The position numbers and the translations under genes are program-made. A stretch of DNA of 62,839 bases, the filler included, from Collodictyon triciliatum (lineage: Eukaryota): assembly GCA_043381765.1 (NCBI GenBank). It is 4 parts of 4 records of this genome, joined end to end, with 100 filler letters (N's around TTAATTAATTAA, not from the genome) between each part and the next. Parts side by side here need not be neighbours in the genome. Positions count along the whole stretch, not along the records: positions 19,926 to 39,732 come from JBHJMP010001009.1; positions 39,833 to 50,930 come from JBHJMP010001017.1; 2 more parts are not named here. One strand, 5' to 3'. Position 1 is the stretch's first letter, and every line of letters begins with the position of its first letter. The notes beneath the pieces are model-generated. The model was not told where the DNA came from. It was given only the letters and a program-made list of their open reading frames with translations, and searched no databases. Positions 30,202 to 45,966 of this stretch are shown here, piece by piece.

Positions 30202-31913
30202 TTAAAAGTCTATTTCTTCTAGCCATTGATTGACATGTTCTTTCGTGTAGAACACCACTACTGTCCCTGGTAAAGTTCGAAACAAGGTTATACCTAGCCC
30301 ACGATATAACCCCCTAGCTCCTTCCTTTCCCAGTATCGAGCGCGTTTCTTCCAAAATTCCATGGTGTTCTCCATGAGTCTTTGTATCTACAAGGTATAGT
30401 CGAGTGCGAAGGACTTCATGTGGGTAGCTAACAATACTAGCCACCAACTTTGCCAGAAGAATAGATTCAACAAGAGCACTATCGTTGATTGCCCCATCTT
30501 TGGGTTTGTTTGTTTGGCTAGCGGGGTCGAGCAGTACCCTCAGGTGCTCAAATAGTGGTAAATATATCGCAATGTGACCCAAGCCCAGGAGCGATGGAGC
30601 GAGTCCTTTTCGAAGTCCTTTGATTCCTTCACGTTGAATTAACTTGCGAATTATTCCAAAGGTATTTTTCTTGCTCATATCACCATTGTCCGTCTGAATC
30701 ATTTGTTGTTGTTGTTTTTTGGTTGTTGTTGTTGTTTGGTCATGTTTCGTGTATTTTAGAGGGAAGGGAAAAAAAAAAGAATAGTTGGTAAGTGTGACTT
30801 GCGGGAAGATTATGGCAATTAGAACAGAAAAAATAGGGCATTGCCGTTAATAGAATGTTATTTACAAGTTTTTTTATGTATACTGCAAAGAAAATATTCG
30901 GAAAAAAAAACATATTGTTACCATTAGCTGTGTCCGGGCATACCAAAGAGGGTTCACCACCAGAGTCGTCACAGCACCAGCAGATATGGACCCAATAATA
31001 TTTGTCACCAAAGTGTTTCCTTTGTGTGTTTATTTATATGTATATATTAGTTTTCTTTTTAAAAAAAATAAGTAATATTGAAATTCCTTCTTTCTATCGC
31101 CATTTATTTTAAATGGTTTTTTGGTTCATTTCATCATATTACGGTAAATATATAATAATGAGAGAAGGAATTGTTTTTACTTCCAGTGACAGAAGCCAGT
31201 TTGTTTCTAACTTTGTCATATGCATAAAAGAATATGGCCCAGTTGGGGACCAGTGCGATTACAGTCGGAGTAAATCCACGGTAGAACCCACGAAGACCAG
31301 CCTCGCGATATATTTGCCTAGAAAAATCTGCAATTTGTTTTGCTTTGAGATATGTTACCGACAACGAATAATCATAAAACTAGCAATAGACGATTATTGC
31401 TATAAAAAAAAGACAATAAGAAAATAAAAGTAATTCACAACATCATATGATTTTATTTGATAAGTCCTATAGTGGTAAAAAAAAAAAAAAAAAAGGAGCA
31501 CATGAGAGATCGTGGTTGAAAGATGAGCCGGTGCTATTCGAAATCCCTGCTTGTATCCTTTGTAATATTTTATTTTACTTTGTTATTTTTTGTCACAGGG
31601 GTTTTAAAAAGGGAAATAAAGTCAGGGAGGAGGGAGCCGTTTTTCCCACTTTTTGTATTCTTTACCAGTAGAACAACTTTTGTTTTTCAAAGAAGAAAAA
31701 GAAAAATATATGGAAAGAAGTTGACATGGATTGTTCACTTTTGTATATCTAGATATACGAATATATATTTATTAAAAAAAAAAACCTGGTGCGGATGACA
31801 TCAAACGGAGTTAAAAACACAGCACCAGTAAAGCCCCCAGCAATACCAGATAAGAAGGAGTTATATGGCTTTGCTGGGGGTTTCGGCTCATTCACACGGC
31901 TCGATCCTGTCAT
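30202..31913 (-). CDS. Mitochondrial carrier (SLC25), NAD+ transporter NDT/YIA6-like (folate/NAD subfamily)
   Basis: Three carrier signatures (PFDVIRTR, NPLWYART, YPHEVLRTRL). GFYRGFTPTVIALVPNWAIFFYAYD is typical of NDT carriers. Confidence 0.85.
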
Positions 31914-32816
31914 AGCTGAAGGAGAGGGAGATTTACTGTTGGCTGTGGCTGGTGAAACTCTCGGATATTGGAGCCATCATGATGTCATGGGCTGGTTAAA
32001 AACGGGGGGGTTCTGGGTCTGCAGGCTTAGAGGAACGGGAGAATACACCCGGATAACTTGTTTTTGTCGCAAAGTAGTGAGGTGAGGATGATGATGAAAA
32101 AAAAAGGGTGTTTGATCGTGGGCTTTCCGGATTTGTAAATTATATATGGAATTTAATTATATAATGATAACTTTAAGGTAAATATGACAGAGAGTCCTTT
32201 TTATATTGATAAACTATCAATATAGTATAAATATACTAGTCAAGTGATTGCATTGATGACGGTACTATCATTTCCCTGCCCACTATCATTCCGCTATTGC
32301 TTTAGCGCGCACCACGAAACGAAATAATATATCTAATTCTGGAAAGGAAATTTCCTCCCGCGCAAATCAATCTATATCTATTTATGGATCAAGATGATAC
32401 AAAATGCGTTTCTGGACGATTTTTTGAATTCAAAACGATTTATAGCGGCAGGTGCAATCTCTGGTCGCACTCGCAGCCACCATAAAAAAATTTTTTTTTT
32501 TCGCGGAAAGCTCCCAACGCATTCGAGTCTGCCAGGCCGAAAAATCAACTGGACAAAACGCGGTTATTGTATTTCAAAACTCAAGTGAATTATGTCCTCC
32601 ATCGGTGACGGCTTTGAACAAATTTTACCTGGATTCATAAAAAAAACAACAAAAACAAATAACAAAAACAAACCAATACTTGAAAATGTAATAAAAACTG
32701 GGAAGACTCTTTGGATGGTTGGAGCTCACCTGCCCCCACACAACAGAGAACCTTGGCGATTCTAGCAAAACACTCTCTCGGGCCATAAGCTCTCACAAGC
32801 AGCATTGCTTGATCGC

Positions 32817-32924
32817 AAGAAAAGAAAAGAAAAGAAAAGAAAAGAAAAGAAAAGAAAAGAAAAGAAAAGAAAAGAAAAGAAAAGAAAAGAAAAGAAAAGA
32901 AAAGAAAAGAAAAGAAAAGAAAAG
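32817..32924. repeat. (AAAAG)n microsatellite
   Basis: Read directly. Confidence 0.95.
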
Positions 32925-33028
32925 AGAGATCCAAACCCCGCACCCCCTTGTAGCAGAGAGCCGCCTCTCCTCACCCCACACACACGCACGCACGCACCCA
33001 CCCAACCGAGACAGACAAAGCCGCCCAC

Positions 33029-34434
33029 ATGGCCGACCTGGAATGCAAATGCGCCGTGTGCATGGAGATCATGCAGGACCCTCGGATGCTGCCGTGCGGC
33101 CACCCGTACTGCGTCAACTGCATCCTGGCGATCCACATCGAGGCCAAGGAGACCAAGGACGGCAAGAACCCCCCGACCTGCCCCCTGTGCCGCAAGGCCT
33201 TCACCCTGACCAACGACGACCCGCAGTCGCTCGAGCCCTCCCACTACCACGTCGCCCTGCTGGAGGAGATCAAGAAGGCCGGCGGCCAGCCCGAGGCCGA
33301 GGTTGATCTCGAGTGGGTCTCCTCTCTTGCTCTCTTGCCACGTGTCCCTTTTACCTTTCCCCTTGTCCCTTTTACCTTGTCCTTCTCCTTCTTACTCGCC
33401 TGCCTCCTGCAGGAGCCTCAACGTCTGCTTCAAGCACAACCGCAACCCGCTGCTCTTCTACGACGCCTCCGACAATGTCAACCCCTTCCTGTGCGAGACG
33501 TGCGCCATGGAGGCCATGACAAAGAACCCCAATCTCAATCTCGTCTCCTTCGAGGAAGGCGCAGCAGAGATCATGAAAAAGATCGAGGAGCTCCTGCCCC
33601 AGGCCGAGAAGCGCCGCGACGAGATCACAGAAATCATGAAGCAGATCCACGAGAACATCGACAAGGTGCGTCGCCCCCATCCTCCTGTACCCCTTCCTGC
33701 CAAGCATATGTGACAAAACATCCACCCCAGCGCGCGAGGAGACATGAAAAAAGAAAAAGAAAAGGAAAAGAAGGCTGCTGTGTAAAACTTCATAGTGGAG
33801 GTGGTTGGAGACAACCAACCAACCAACCAACCAACCAACCAACCAGGCACTGAACAAAGAAACAAACAAACAAACAAAATAGGTGGACAAGCAAAGCGAA
33901 GACATTGAAAACCAGATCCGCGCGCGCTTCAAGGAGTTCCGCGACGTTGTGGAGCGGATGGAGACCCGCGCACGCAGCCGCGTAAGCACCCATAGTGGAC
34001 ACCCTCCGCCCTTTCCACCTTCCAACCATCCATCCCTTTCCACCTTCCAACCTCCCAACCATCCAACACCGCCGTTTCCGGGGCGGGGTTTATTCCCGCG
34101 GGCACTAACCACGCGCCGCACGACGCAGCTGCGCGACATCCACGCGGAGATGATGAAGCCGTTCGAGGAGGGGTCTGCGCTGTGCAAGGAGATCGAGGAG
34201 CAGATCGAGCAGGCGCTGCGCGTGTACGAGGAGGCGGAGGCGCACGAGAAGGAGACGGGCGACTCGAGCAAGCTGGGCCCGGCGCGCGAGGCGCTCAAGG
34301 AGGCGACGTCCCGCAAGATCCCGGAGCTGCCGCCGATGCCCAAGGTCAAGGTCGTCATCCCGGAGGATCTCAAGATCACGCTGGACTGGAAGGAGGAGGA
34401 CGCGGACGCCTGGGTCCAGGTCGACAAGGCGTAG
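33029..34434 (+). CDS. TRIM/RBCC-like RING E3 ligase (C3HC4 RING, degenerate B-box, coiled coil), 4 exons
   Basis: CAVC..PRMLPCGHPYCVNC..CPLCR; CFKH..FLCETC; long helical region. Exons ~33029-33316, 33412-33665, 33883-33981, 34129-34434. Confidence 0.8.
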
Positions 34435-34474
34435 CCGCCCCCAGAATAAACCGCCCCCGCGGACGCCACGCACG

Positions 34475-35302
34475 CTACCAGGCCGCGCCCTGCATGTCCA
34501 CCACGTAGCAGGGGGGTCCTGCCGCCAGGTCGTCGGCGTACGCGCAGATGCACACGGCCCGCAGGGAGCCCATGCGGCGCGCGTCGTGCACCTCCACCAG
34601 CAGCGGCTGCGCGGGGTGGCGCGTGCGGATGTGCCCCACCAGCGTGCCCAGCAGGCCGCGGCCCTGGAAGGCGGGGTCCACGCACACGAGCGGCAGGTAC
34701 CGCCCGGCGAGTTGGGGCGTGGCGCCTGCCCACCGCGCGCGCATCTGGTCCCACGCCGCATACACGCGCAGCGCACTGGTTGGCCCCACGCGCAGCAGCA
34801 GCCACGCCCACGCCCACACCCCTCCCGATCCGGCACCCGCCGAGCTCTCGTCCTCCTCTTTGGGCAGCGCCACAGCCACAGCCCGCACGCGCCCCTCCCC
34901 GCTCCGCAGCACATACGCAACCGGCGCCTGCCCCGCCTCCCCGCCGGACCCCCGCGCACACCGCTCCCCCGTGCGCACCAGCCACGACGCCAGCCACTTG
35001 AGCGTCTCCACACGCACCGCCTGCCTCCCGTCTGCAGACAGCAGAAAAGTCGCCAGGGCAGAGTGCGCCAGTGCGCGCCCCGCCACGTCTGCAATCTGCT
35101 GCTCCGTGTCCGCATCCACCCGCTCCAGCGCCTCGAAGCGCAGCTCCGCGTTTGCAGCCACAGCAGCAGCGTTGTGGTTGTGGCTGTGGCTGTGGCTGTG
35201 GCTGTGGTCATCGTCCGCTTCTGGGGTGGCTTCGGCTGCGATCGGCGTCGACTCCACTTGGATCTCGACAAACTCTGGCGGGGATTCCTGCTCTGTTGCC
35301 AT
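34475..35302 (-). CDS. Intronless GNAT-family acetyltransferase-like protein
   Basis: 275-aa ORF with motif-A-like YLPLVCVDPAFQGRGLLGTLV followed by PLLVEV; N-terminal acidic and His-Ser repeat. Confidence 0.65.
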   Translation of the reverse strand: MATEQESPPEFVEIQVESTPIAAEATPEADDDHSHSHSHSHNHNAAAVAANAELRFEALERVDADTEQQIADVAGRALAHSALATFLLSADGRQAVRVETLKWLASWLVRTGERCARGSGGEAGQAPVAYVLRSGEGRVRAVAVALPKEEDESSAGAGSGGVWAWAWLLLRVGPTSALRVYAAWDQMRARWAGATPQLAGRYLPLVCVDPAFQGRGLLGTLVGHIRTRHPAQPLLVEVHDARRMGSLRAVCICAYADDLAAGPPCYVVDMQGAAW

Positions 35303-35757
35303 CGGGGGAGGCGTTTGTTGTGGCAGGAAAGGATCTGTGTGTGTGTGTGAGTGAGTGACAATGGTTGTTTTCCTGCGTCTGAGACTGTTTGCCTTCTCTC
35401 TCTCTCTTTTTTTTTCTTTTTCGCAACTTTTTATTTCATTTTTTCGCTCTCACTCTCTGATCATGTTGTGAATACACAGATAATTGTTTGATTACTTATA
35501 CGCGCTCGCGTTGTGGACGGCGACTGGCAGAAAGGAGCCCATGCAAGAAAATAAAAAGGGAAAAAGGAAAGGCAAATGAATAGATATCTGTTTCTTTCTA
35601 TGCGAATGCATATACATTTTTTTTCTTTTACTGCGCGATAAAAAAAAAAAAAAAGAGAAAAGAAAAAGAGGGGGTTGGGATTTCTGGTGAGGGAGACAAA
35701 GGTTTATGCTGCGGTGTACACGTGGCGCGTAGTGATCACCCGGCCTGGGCGAATGGA

Positions 35758-36282
35758 TCAGAGGCCTTTTGAGCGCGGCGGTCGTCCGCCTTCTGCCGAA
35801 GCTCTGCGCCTTTGCTTGGACGCGGTCCGCCCGCCGGGTTTGCCGCTTCGCCTCTGCGATGGCGCTGCGTCTGTCTGGTATGCCCAAAAGTCCGGCGGGG
35901 ATGGGCTTCGCTTGTCGCTTTGCACAGAGTTGACTCTGCTGAGGCCTGCTTTCGGGTGGGTGGGTGGCTCGTGGCGTTGCTTTTCGCCAGCCGCTTTTCT
36001 ACTTGGGCCTCTCGTGCGGTGGGTTTGTGGAGGTTCTGTGTCGCTGCCTTTGTCGCTGTCTCTGTCGCTGTGCTTCTCTTTCTTTCTTTCTGTTTGTGAT
36101 GCTTGTGCCATAAGACTCTGGATCACGTCCCGTTGTGTTGATAAGGTTATTTCAAATCCTTCAATCAAGGCCAAGTATCGATTCTATCGAGGTTGGGGAG
36201 TATACATTAATTGGATCGCTCCGTGGATATGTCGGATTGCCTCTGTTTCCTTTATTTTTTTGATTTTGTTCATTCACTGCTC

Positions 36283-36354
<72 letters not shown>

Positions 36355-36675
36355 TTCATTCATTCACCAGTAGGTATTTGTTTGGTCAGTTTTATGATAA
36401 TGAAATGCACTGCAATAAACGAAACCTTTTCTTCTCTGAGTTTCATTTTCTCGCTCATAAGCTTTTTAATCTGCTCTTCGAATAGGAGAATCCCGTCTGT
36501 AGCTTCTTTGTATAAACATGATAGTTTTTCATGCTGTTTTCTCAAACGCTCGTAATCCTGGGAAACGGCATCATGCGTTGCCTGCAGGTATAAGTTTGAT
36601 GATCTTGATTAGACTTTTGAACATTATTTTGTTTATGCTACATATCTGTATTTTGACACTTGCATACAAAAAAAC

Positions 36676-36739
<64 letters not shown>

Positions 36740-37327
36740 GTAGATAAAAACAAGAAATACTATTCTAATATATTAAGAAGGCCTAGAGATCATTTATTTG
36801 CGTATTTCATATCTAAAACCTTTTCAGCCTTGCATTCATTTTCAATATTTGACCTTAAGTCTTGGACTGACAAGGCCGACCTGTGAATATAAAACCATAT
36901 ACATAGTATTTTACCAGTGCCAGAACTTTAGAGTACCTATTGCCATATTCTCTATATCCAATATATATTCCACATATAATATTNNNNNNNNNNNNNNNNN
37001 NNNNNNNNNNNNNNNNNNNNNNNNNNNNNNNNNNNNNNNNNNNNNNNNNNNNNNNNNNNNNNNNNNNNNNNNNNNNNNNNNNNNNNNNNNNNNNNNNNNN
37101 NNNNNNNNNNNNNNNNNNNNNNNNNNNNNNNNNNNNNNNNNNNNNNNNNNNNNNNNNNNNNNNNNNNNNNNNNNNNNNNNNNNNNNNNNNNNNNNNNNNN
37201 NNNNNNNNNNNNNNNNNNNNNNNNNNNNNNNNNNNNNNNNNNNNNNNNNNNNNNNNNNNNNNNNNNNNNNNNNNNNNNNNNNNNNNNNNNNNNNNNNNNN
37301 NNNNNNNNNNNNNNNNNNNNNNNNNNN

Positions 37328-37378
<51 letters not shown>

Positions 37379-39610
37379 CAGAAAATAAAAAAAAGGAGAT
37401 AGCTGCTCAGTATTTTTTATCTTATCTTATATGATTGTGACAGTTTTTCTTTGTTTCCTTCCTTGTTTCCTTGTTTCTTCTTTTTTTTTTTTTGAGTGAG
37501 AAAAACAACCTGTTTGAGTTGCTTCTCTAATGACTCACGACGTATTTTTTCTTTCTGGTACCTGGCCCTCATATCTTCATACGATTTTTGCATAGTACCT
37601 TCCGATTGTTCGAATTTTTTTTTTCAGAAATAAGAAAAGAAAAAGAAAATGTTAATTATAAAAAGCCTTTTTGACAAAAAATTAAAGTCTGTAGCAGAGT
37701 ATTTTAACAAAATAATCACACACCCGACTCTCTCGATGCAATTAACTCCTTTGTAAGAATATGAATCACATTTTCCCGTTCTAGTCTATGCTTCGATGAA
37801 TCGATGAACATGTCTTCAAGGTATAACCTCCTTGATTATATTTTGTATATTACAAAAAAAAAAAAAAACAAGAATCAGTTATGATATATGTCTATTTTCA
37901 CCATTTTTTTTTAAAAAAAAGGCAAGACTAAGCAAACCGAAAAGACAGGAAAAATGACATAATTAAATTAGTCTTCAACATACATAACATACTTTTTGTC
38001 ATTGATTTTTTGAATAAATTTCCCAACTTCGGCACTCAGAGTGACTCTTTTTGTATCCATACTTTCTGCATATATAATCGGGAGAAAACAGCACGTTTCA
38101 TTGATATGGGTTCATCAAAACAAGATTATGGCTACGAAATAATTACCTTAAGCATAATAATATGTTGTGTATACCTGCAGTTTGATATAGTCGTGTAAGC
38201 AAAACTGAAAGTAATCTCATAAAAGTAGGATTTCCACCATATATAGTAAATTCCTTTTCATTCGTCACCCAATCACAAACATGTGGACTATGATCGATAA
38301 AGCTTTGTTGTATTCGCTTCTACGAAGATGTTTTATCCATTCACGACACGAATCAAATATATTCTCTTTTTTTTTTATTTTAATATTTCCAAAAAAATAG
38401 GGTTCGAGAGAAATGAAAGAGATATCAAGTGAGAGTTACTTGCAAGTCGGTCATTCTTGTAACTTGTTCTTGCAGAGTCAGTTCGTTATTCATGGAGAAG
38501 GAAATAGGATGATTTTCAATAAATTGCAAAAGTGTTCTAGAACTCGGAGTACTCTCCGTAGGTAAACGCAAAGCACCTGACAATCATGGTATTAGTAAGG
38601 TTTGTTGTATTGTATATATGTCCATTATACTATCAAATGAATCTGATATAACCTTAAGGAAACAAGGATGATTTGGAACGCTTGGATTAAAACCTGAGTC
38701 CTTGAGAAGACGAGATTCTATCTTGTGTGGTGTTAGCGGATCGCTGTCTTGGAAGAGTGACCATATTGAAAATCGGTGGTGCGAAAGGCTGAGAATGTCA
38801 TATTTAATCTACTTTTGATTTTTTTTTGGATTAATATCCAATATTTATTAGGGTTTGTATGGTCTCCTTTCTCAAAATATATTTCTTTAGATATCAAGAG
38901 TGAATTTCACATATGGTTAAAATAAAACCCTCATGCTGCTAATAGCCTTTCTAATACGTTCCATGGCTAATCCATAAATACAACTTAATTTGGTTCAATT
39001 ATTTCAAAGTCTTCACTTGGACAAAATTATTATTAATTTATTTGATATGGAATGGCACCTAGCTCGATTGTGATGATGTAGTAAATAAACACTTTTGCAA
39101 GTCGCACAGAATCACCTATTATTATCATTTTATAAAATTACAATTGCATGAGTATGCGTGCGCCTGTGAGTTGAGAAAAACATTCCGTAATTTGTAGAGT
39201 TTTTCTTTTATAAATATTTATGTTATACTTATCTCTTGTCTGTCAATAGTTGTAATGAGCGTTCCGTCCAGAGATTTTAGCTTCGGGAACATATCTATAA
39301 TCTTGTGTCGATAATTAGGGTGCGAGGTCAAGGGATTTCCTTCCAGAGAAAGATTTTCAAGGCCTTTTGATACATACTGAAGCTCCTCAAAACGTTCAAT
39401 CTAAGGTGAAAGTAACGTAAGGATAGGTTTTTTTCATGTAAGTCATGAGTTATCTGAGAAAAAGTGGTAGAGAAAAACAAATTAAAATATAATTACTTCA
39501 TTGTATGATAGCGATAATGCCCGTATACTTTCAAAACGATTAATATTTTCAAGTGTTCTAATTCTATTCTGGCTCAAAAGGACAGTTTGGATTTGGGAAA
39601 ATGCACTAGT
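35758..39610 (-). CDS. SDS22-type LRR + LRRcap + coiled-coil protein (5' truncated by gap; internal gap)
   Basis: IQTVLLSQNRIRTLENINRFESIRALSLSYNE|IERFEEL..LENLSLEGNPLTSHPNYRHKIIDMFPKLKSLDG, then coiled-coil exons. Linkage of the last exon (35758-36190) is inferred. Confidence 0.7.
36283..36351. repeat. (TAT)n microsatellite
   Basis: Read directly. Confidence 0.95.
36677..36745. repeat. (AGAT)n microsatellite
   Basis: Read directly. Confidence 0.95.
36984..37327. other. Assembly gap (N run) next to an (AAT)n repeat
   Basis: 344 Ns. Confidence 0.95.
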
Positions 39611-39635
39611 AATAAAATATTGCTGGTTATTTGTA

Positions 39636-39732
39636 AACAAAAGAAAACAAAAGAAAACAAAAGAAAACAAAAGAAAACAAAAGAAAACAAAAGAAAACAA
39701 AAGAAAACAAAAGAAAACAAAAGAAAACAAAA
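39636..39732. repeat. (AAAAGAAAAC)n decamer repeat at a contig end
   Basis: Read directly. Confidence 0.95.
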
Positions 39733-39832
39733 NNNNNNNNNNNNNNNNNNNNNNNNNNNNNNNNNNNNNNNNNNNNTTAATTAATTAANNNNNNNNNNNN
39801 NNNNNNNNNNNNNNNNNNNNNNNNNNNNNNNN
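39733..39832. other. Artificial contig-join spacer N44-TTAATTAATTAA-N44
   Basis: Identical to the spacer at 19826. Confidence 0.95.
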
Positions 39833-40313
39833 AAGCCAGCAAAGCCCAATGGGATACCCCACAGCACACATAAAAGAATGCATGTATAATATGTTCATAG
39901 CCCAAGGGAGTTGCGACCAGAAGGCTCGGGCAATACCAGCGCTAGTTCAAGGAGGATTATGTGCCTGCAATGCGCCAGAGGCTTTCAAACAACCACGAAT
40001 TCCTGTGGCAGTTTTTGGACGGGTTTCTTGGGAATTGAGTTAATTACAGTACTTGGATATAATGAAGTTGGACATCCTCACCCAGACAACTGATTGCTAA
40101 GGTGTCAGTTCTCGTCTTGTTTGGTCGTAGGGAATACTATGTGCAAGATATGCAAGGGAGCTTCCTTTACCAGCCGGATTACGCAACAAAGACAAGACGC
40201 GAGATACCATGACTTTAATATCTTTATTCTTTCGTGTGCCTGAACCTGCGATTAAGAGGCTATGCATTCTTCATCAAGCAAGAAAGAAAATAGAAGACAT
40301 CGTGTTTTAGGAC

Positions 40314-41450
40314 TTAGTCAGATGATGTGGTAATCTCAGCAGCGCGCGCGTGGAGTGCGTAACCGACCACGCGCCCTGGGTTGATGGGAATAAAGGAGAC
40401 ATCATGGGTCACAAACTCGTTTTTGACGCTTTGAACGACCTCGTCGCCGAGTCCCGTGAGAAATGCAGCACCCCTTGGAATGGTCAGCTTCTTGAGTGCA
40501 TCATACACATCTGCGTGAAGGTGGGGCGCAGACTCGCTGATGGGAACCACACACATAGTTCTCACTGTACTTTGGCGATGTGGGTGGGAAAAAGTCAGCA
40601 GACTCACTGCATGGGCTGACAAAGCCGTGATGCTCTCCACAGCAGATGCACTTGTTCCTTGCGAATCCTGATCGAATGAGAAGTAAATGCCGCGAGAGGG
40701 AGACGATGCCGGCGATTCCGAGGCTTCTTTCACAGACTTCCACGTAAAGTCATGCGAACCTTGCGAGACAACAACCTCCTTGAGTATGGGTGCCAAGATA
40801 CGGTCCACAATAGACTCAGGCGGAGTCCCGAAGCGAAGCGTGGTGGGTTGCTTATAGGATAAGGCTGGGTTCATCACCTTCCCGTAGGCTGCCAGGTAAT
40901 CGCGTGAGTGTGCGTGCTGCATAAAGGCAGCCTCATCAAGGTAGACCTCTGTGCACTCGACAAAGACGGGTGCAATCTTGGCCGCAAATTCCGCCGGCAG
41001 TAAGCTCTCTGGTTCGGCTGTGAGCAGGCTTGGGTCGATTCGACGACGAGCGAGCTCGCTCTCCAGCGCAGCTGGGCGAAGACCCAGTCTTAACTTGCGC
41101 TGTGCATCGGCCAAGGCTGGCAGGTCGCATACACGGATCGGGCCTGGGCTAGCTATTTCGGCATCATATGTGCTTGCATGGAAGATGTATGTAGAAACAC
41201 AAGGGGTATCTCGGTGTGTTGCGACAGCACAGGATGCTAGATTATCAAGGAGCTCATCAGCTGCTTCAGGGCTTGGCACTTCCCATAAGACGTGAAGAGC
41301 AAACGACTCGCCCTTTTTGAACTGGGTGTTCCCCTTGGGCGCGTCAATCAGATCTTGCAAGGCCACAACCTTGCGTTCTGCCCGGGGGTCTTTCCAGCTC
41401 GCATCAGCTGGCTTATGTTCTCCTGACGAGGCGGGGTTATTCGGCTCCAT
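40314..41450 (-). CDS. Intronless 378-aa protein with an ABM/dimeric alpha-beta-barrel-like domain
   Basis: Long uninterrupted ORF. FALHVLWEVP..ELLDNLASCAVATHRDTPCVSTYIFH and CTEVYLDEAAFMQHAHSRDY match the ABM/LsrG pattern. The coding call is solid; the family call is inferred. Confidence 0.7.
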   Translation of the reverse strand: MEPNNPASSGEHKPADASWKDPRAERKVVALQDLIDAPKGNTQFKKGESFALHVLWEVPSPEAADELLDNLASCAVATHRDTPCVSTYIFHASTYDAEIASPGPIRVCDLPALADAQRKLRLGLRPAALESELARRRIDPSLLTAEPESLLPAEFAAKIAPVFVECTEVYLDEAAFMQHAHSRDYLAAYGKVMNPALSYKQPTTLRFGTPPESIVDRILAPILKEVVVSQGSHDFTWKSVKEASESPASSPSRGIYFSFDQDSQGTSASAVESITALSAHAVSLLTFSHPHRQSTVRTMCVVPISESAPHLHADVYDALKKLTIPRGAAFLTGLGDEVVQSVKNEFVTHDVSFIPINPGRVVGYALHARAAEITTSSD

Positions 41451-42309
41451 GGAATGGCGGCAGTGTTCTGCAGGTGGGTTATCTTGATTACAAGCAAATC
41501 AAAAGTGTAAAAGCTGCTGTGAATCCCTGGTGGATGGGGACCTGGGTCACTTTTTCTATTCCCACTCAATTTCCTTCCAGCGGCTTCTCATCAAGTTATG
41601 GGAAATTACTCGGAGACAGGCGGGGATGCTGCCGTGTGTCGATTCTGACCTGATTGGCTAGGTTGTGCGCTATGATTTAAGCCTCCGCCTAAACCAAGCT
41701 CCCATGTGTTTATATACACTCGTTTCTGTCCCCATCCATCACTTTTCTTTGACCATTTATTCGATTCCTTTTTCTTTTTTTTTTTTTGTTTAAAATATCC
41801 CATTCTTGACAGGTGGCCTTGGTTGGGATTTGGAGACGTCCCAGGGAATACAAGCAGTTTTCCACTTTACATTTTCCATGTGCCAGCTGGAGCTTCTTGG
41901 AAGAATACCGCTAGAAATGCGTCAGATGTAGGAGACAGAAAGTTTACGTGAAAGGTGTAAATGCACAGGCCTGCAAGTAGAAGAGAGCCTTCGTGTGTTT
42001 GTACGTGTGGTTATTTTTCTTAATCTCTGGATATGTGTTTTTATTGAGCTTCCATCATTTTGGTTCGTGCAATGCCATAATGCGTCGTGTGGGGATGTGT
42101 GCCGGGCAAAGGAATTGAAGTATTACGAAGGAAGGAAGTGACTTGGGGAAATACTTTAAAGAAATGCTGGCTTCTGGCCGATTATACCACCCATGATATG
42201 GTATATCTTGGAATCGGAAAATAGTGCGTCGCGAAAGATTTTATAATTTCCTTTCATGAGGAGGGAGCGGAGGAGAAAAGAAAACATAGAGAACAGGTCT
42301 TGATGCTGT

Positions 42310-45966
<3,657 letters not shown>

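Noticed and set aside
33372-35361. Long 541-aa and 418-aa ORFs and other overlapping ORFs
   Set aside because: They are stop-poor shadows of the GC-rich RING and GNAT genes.
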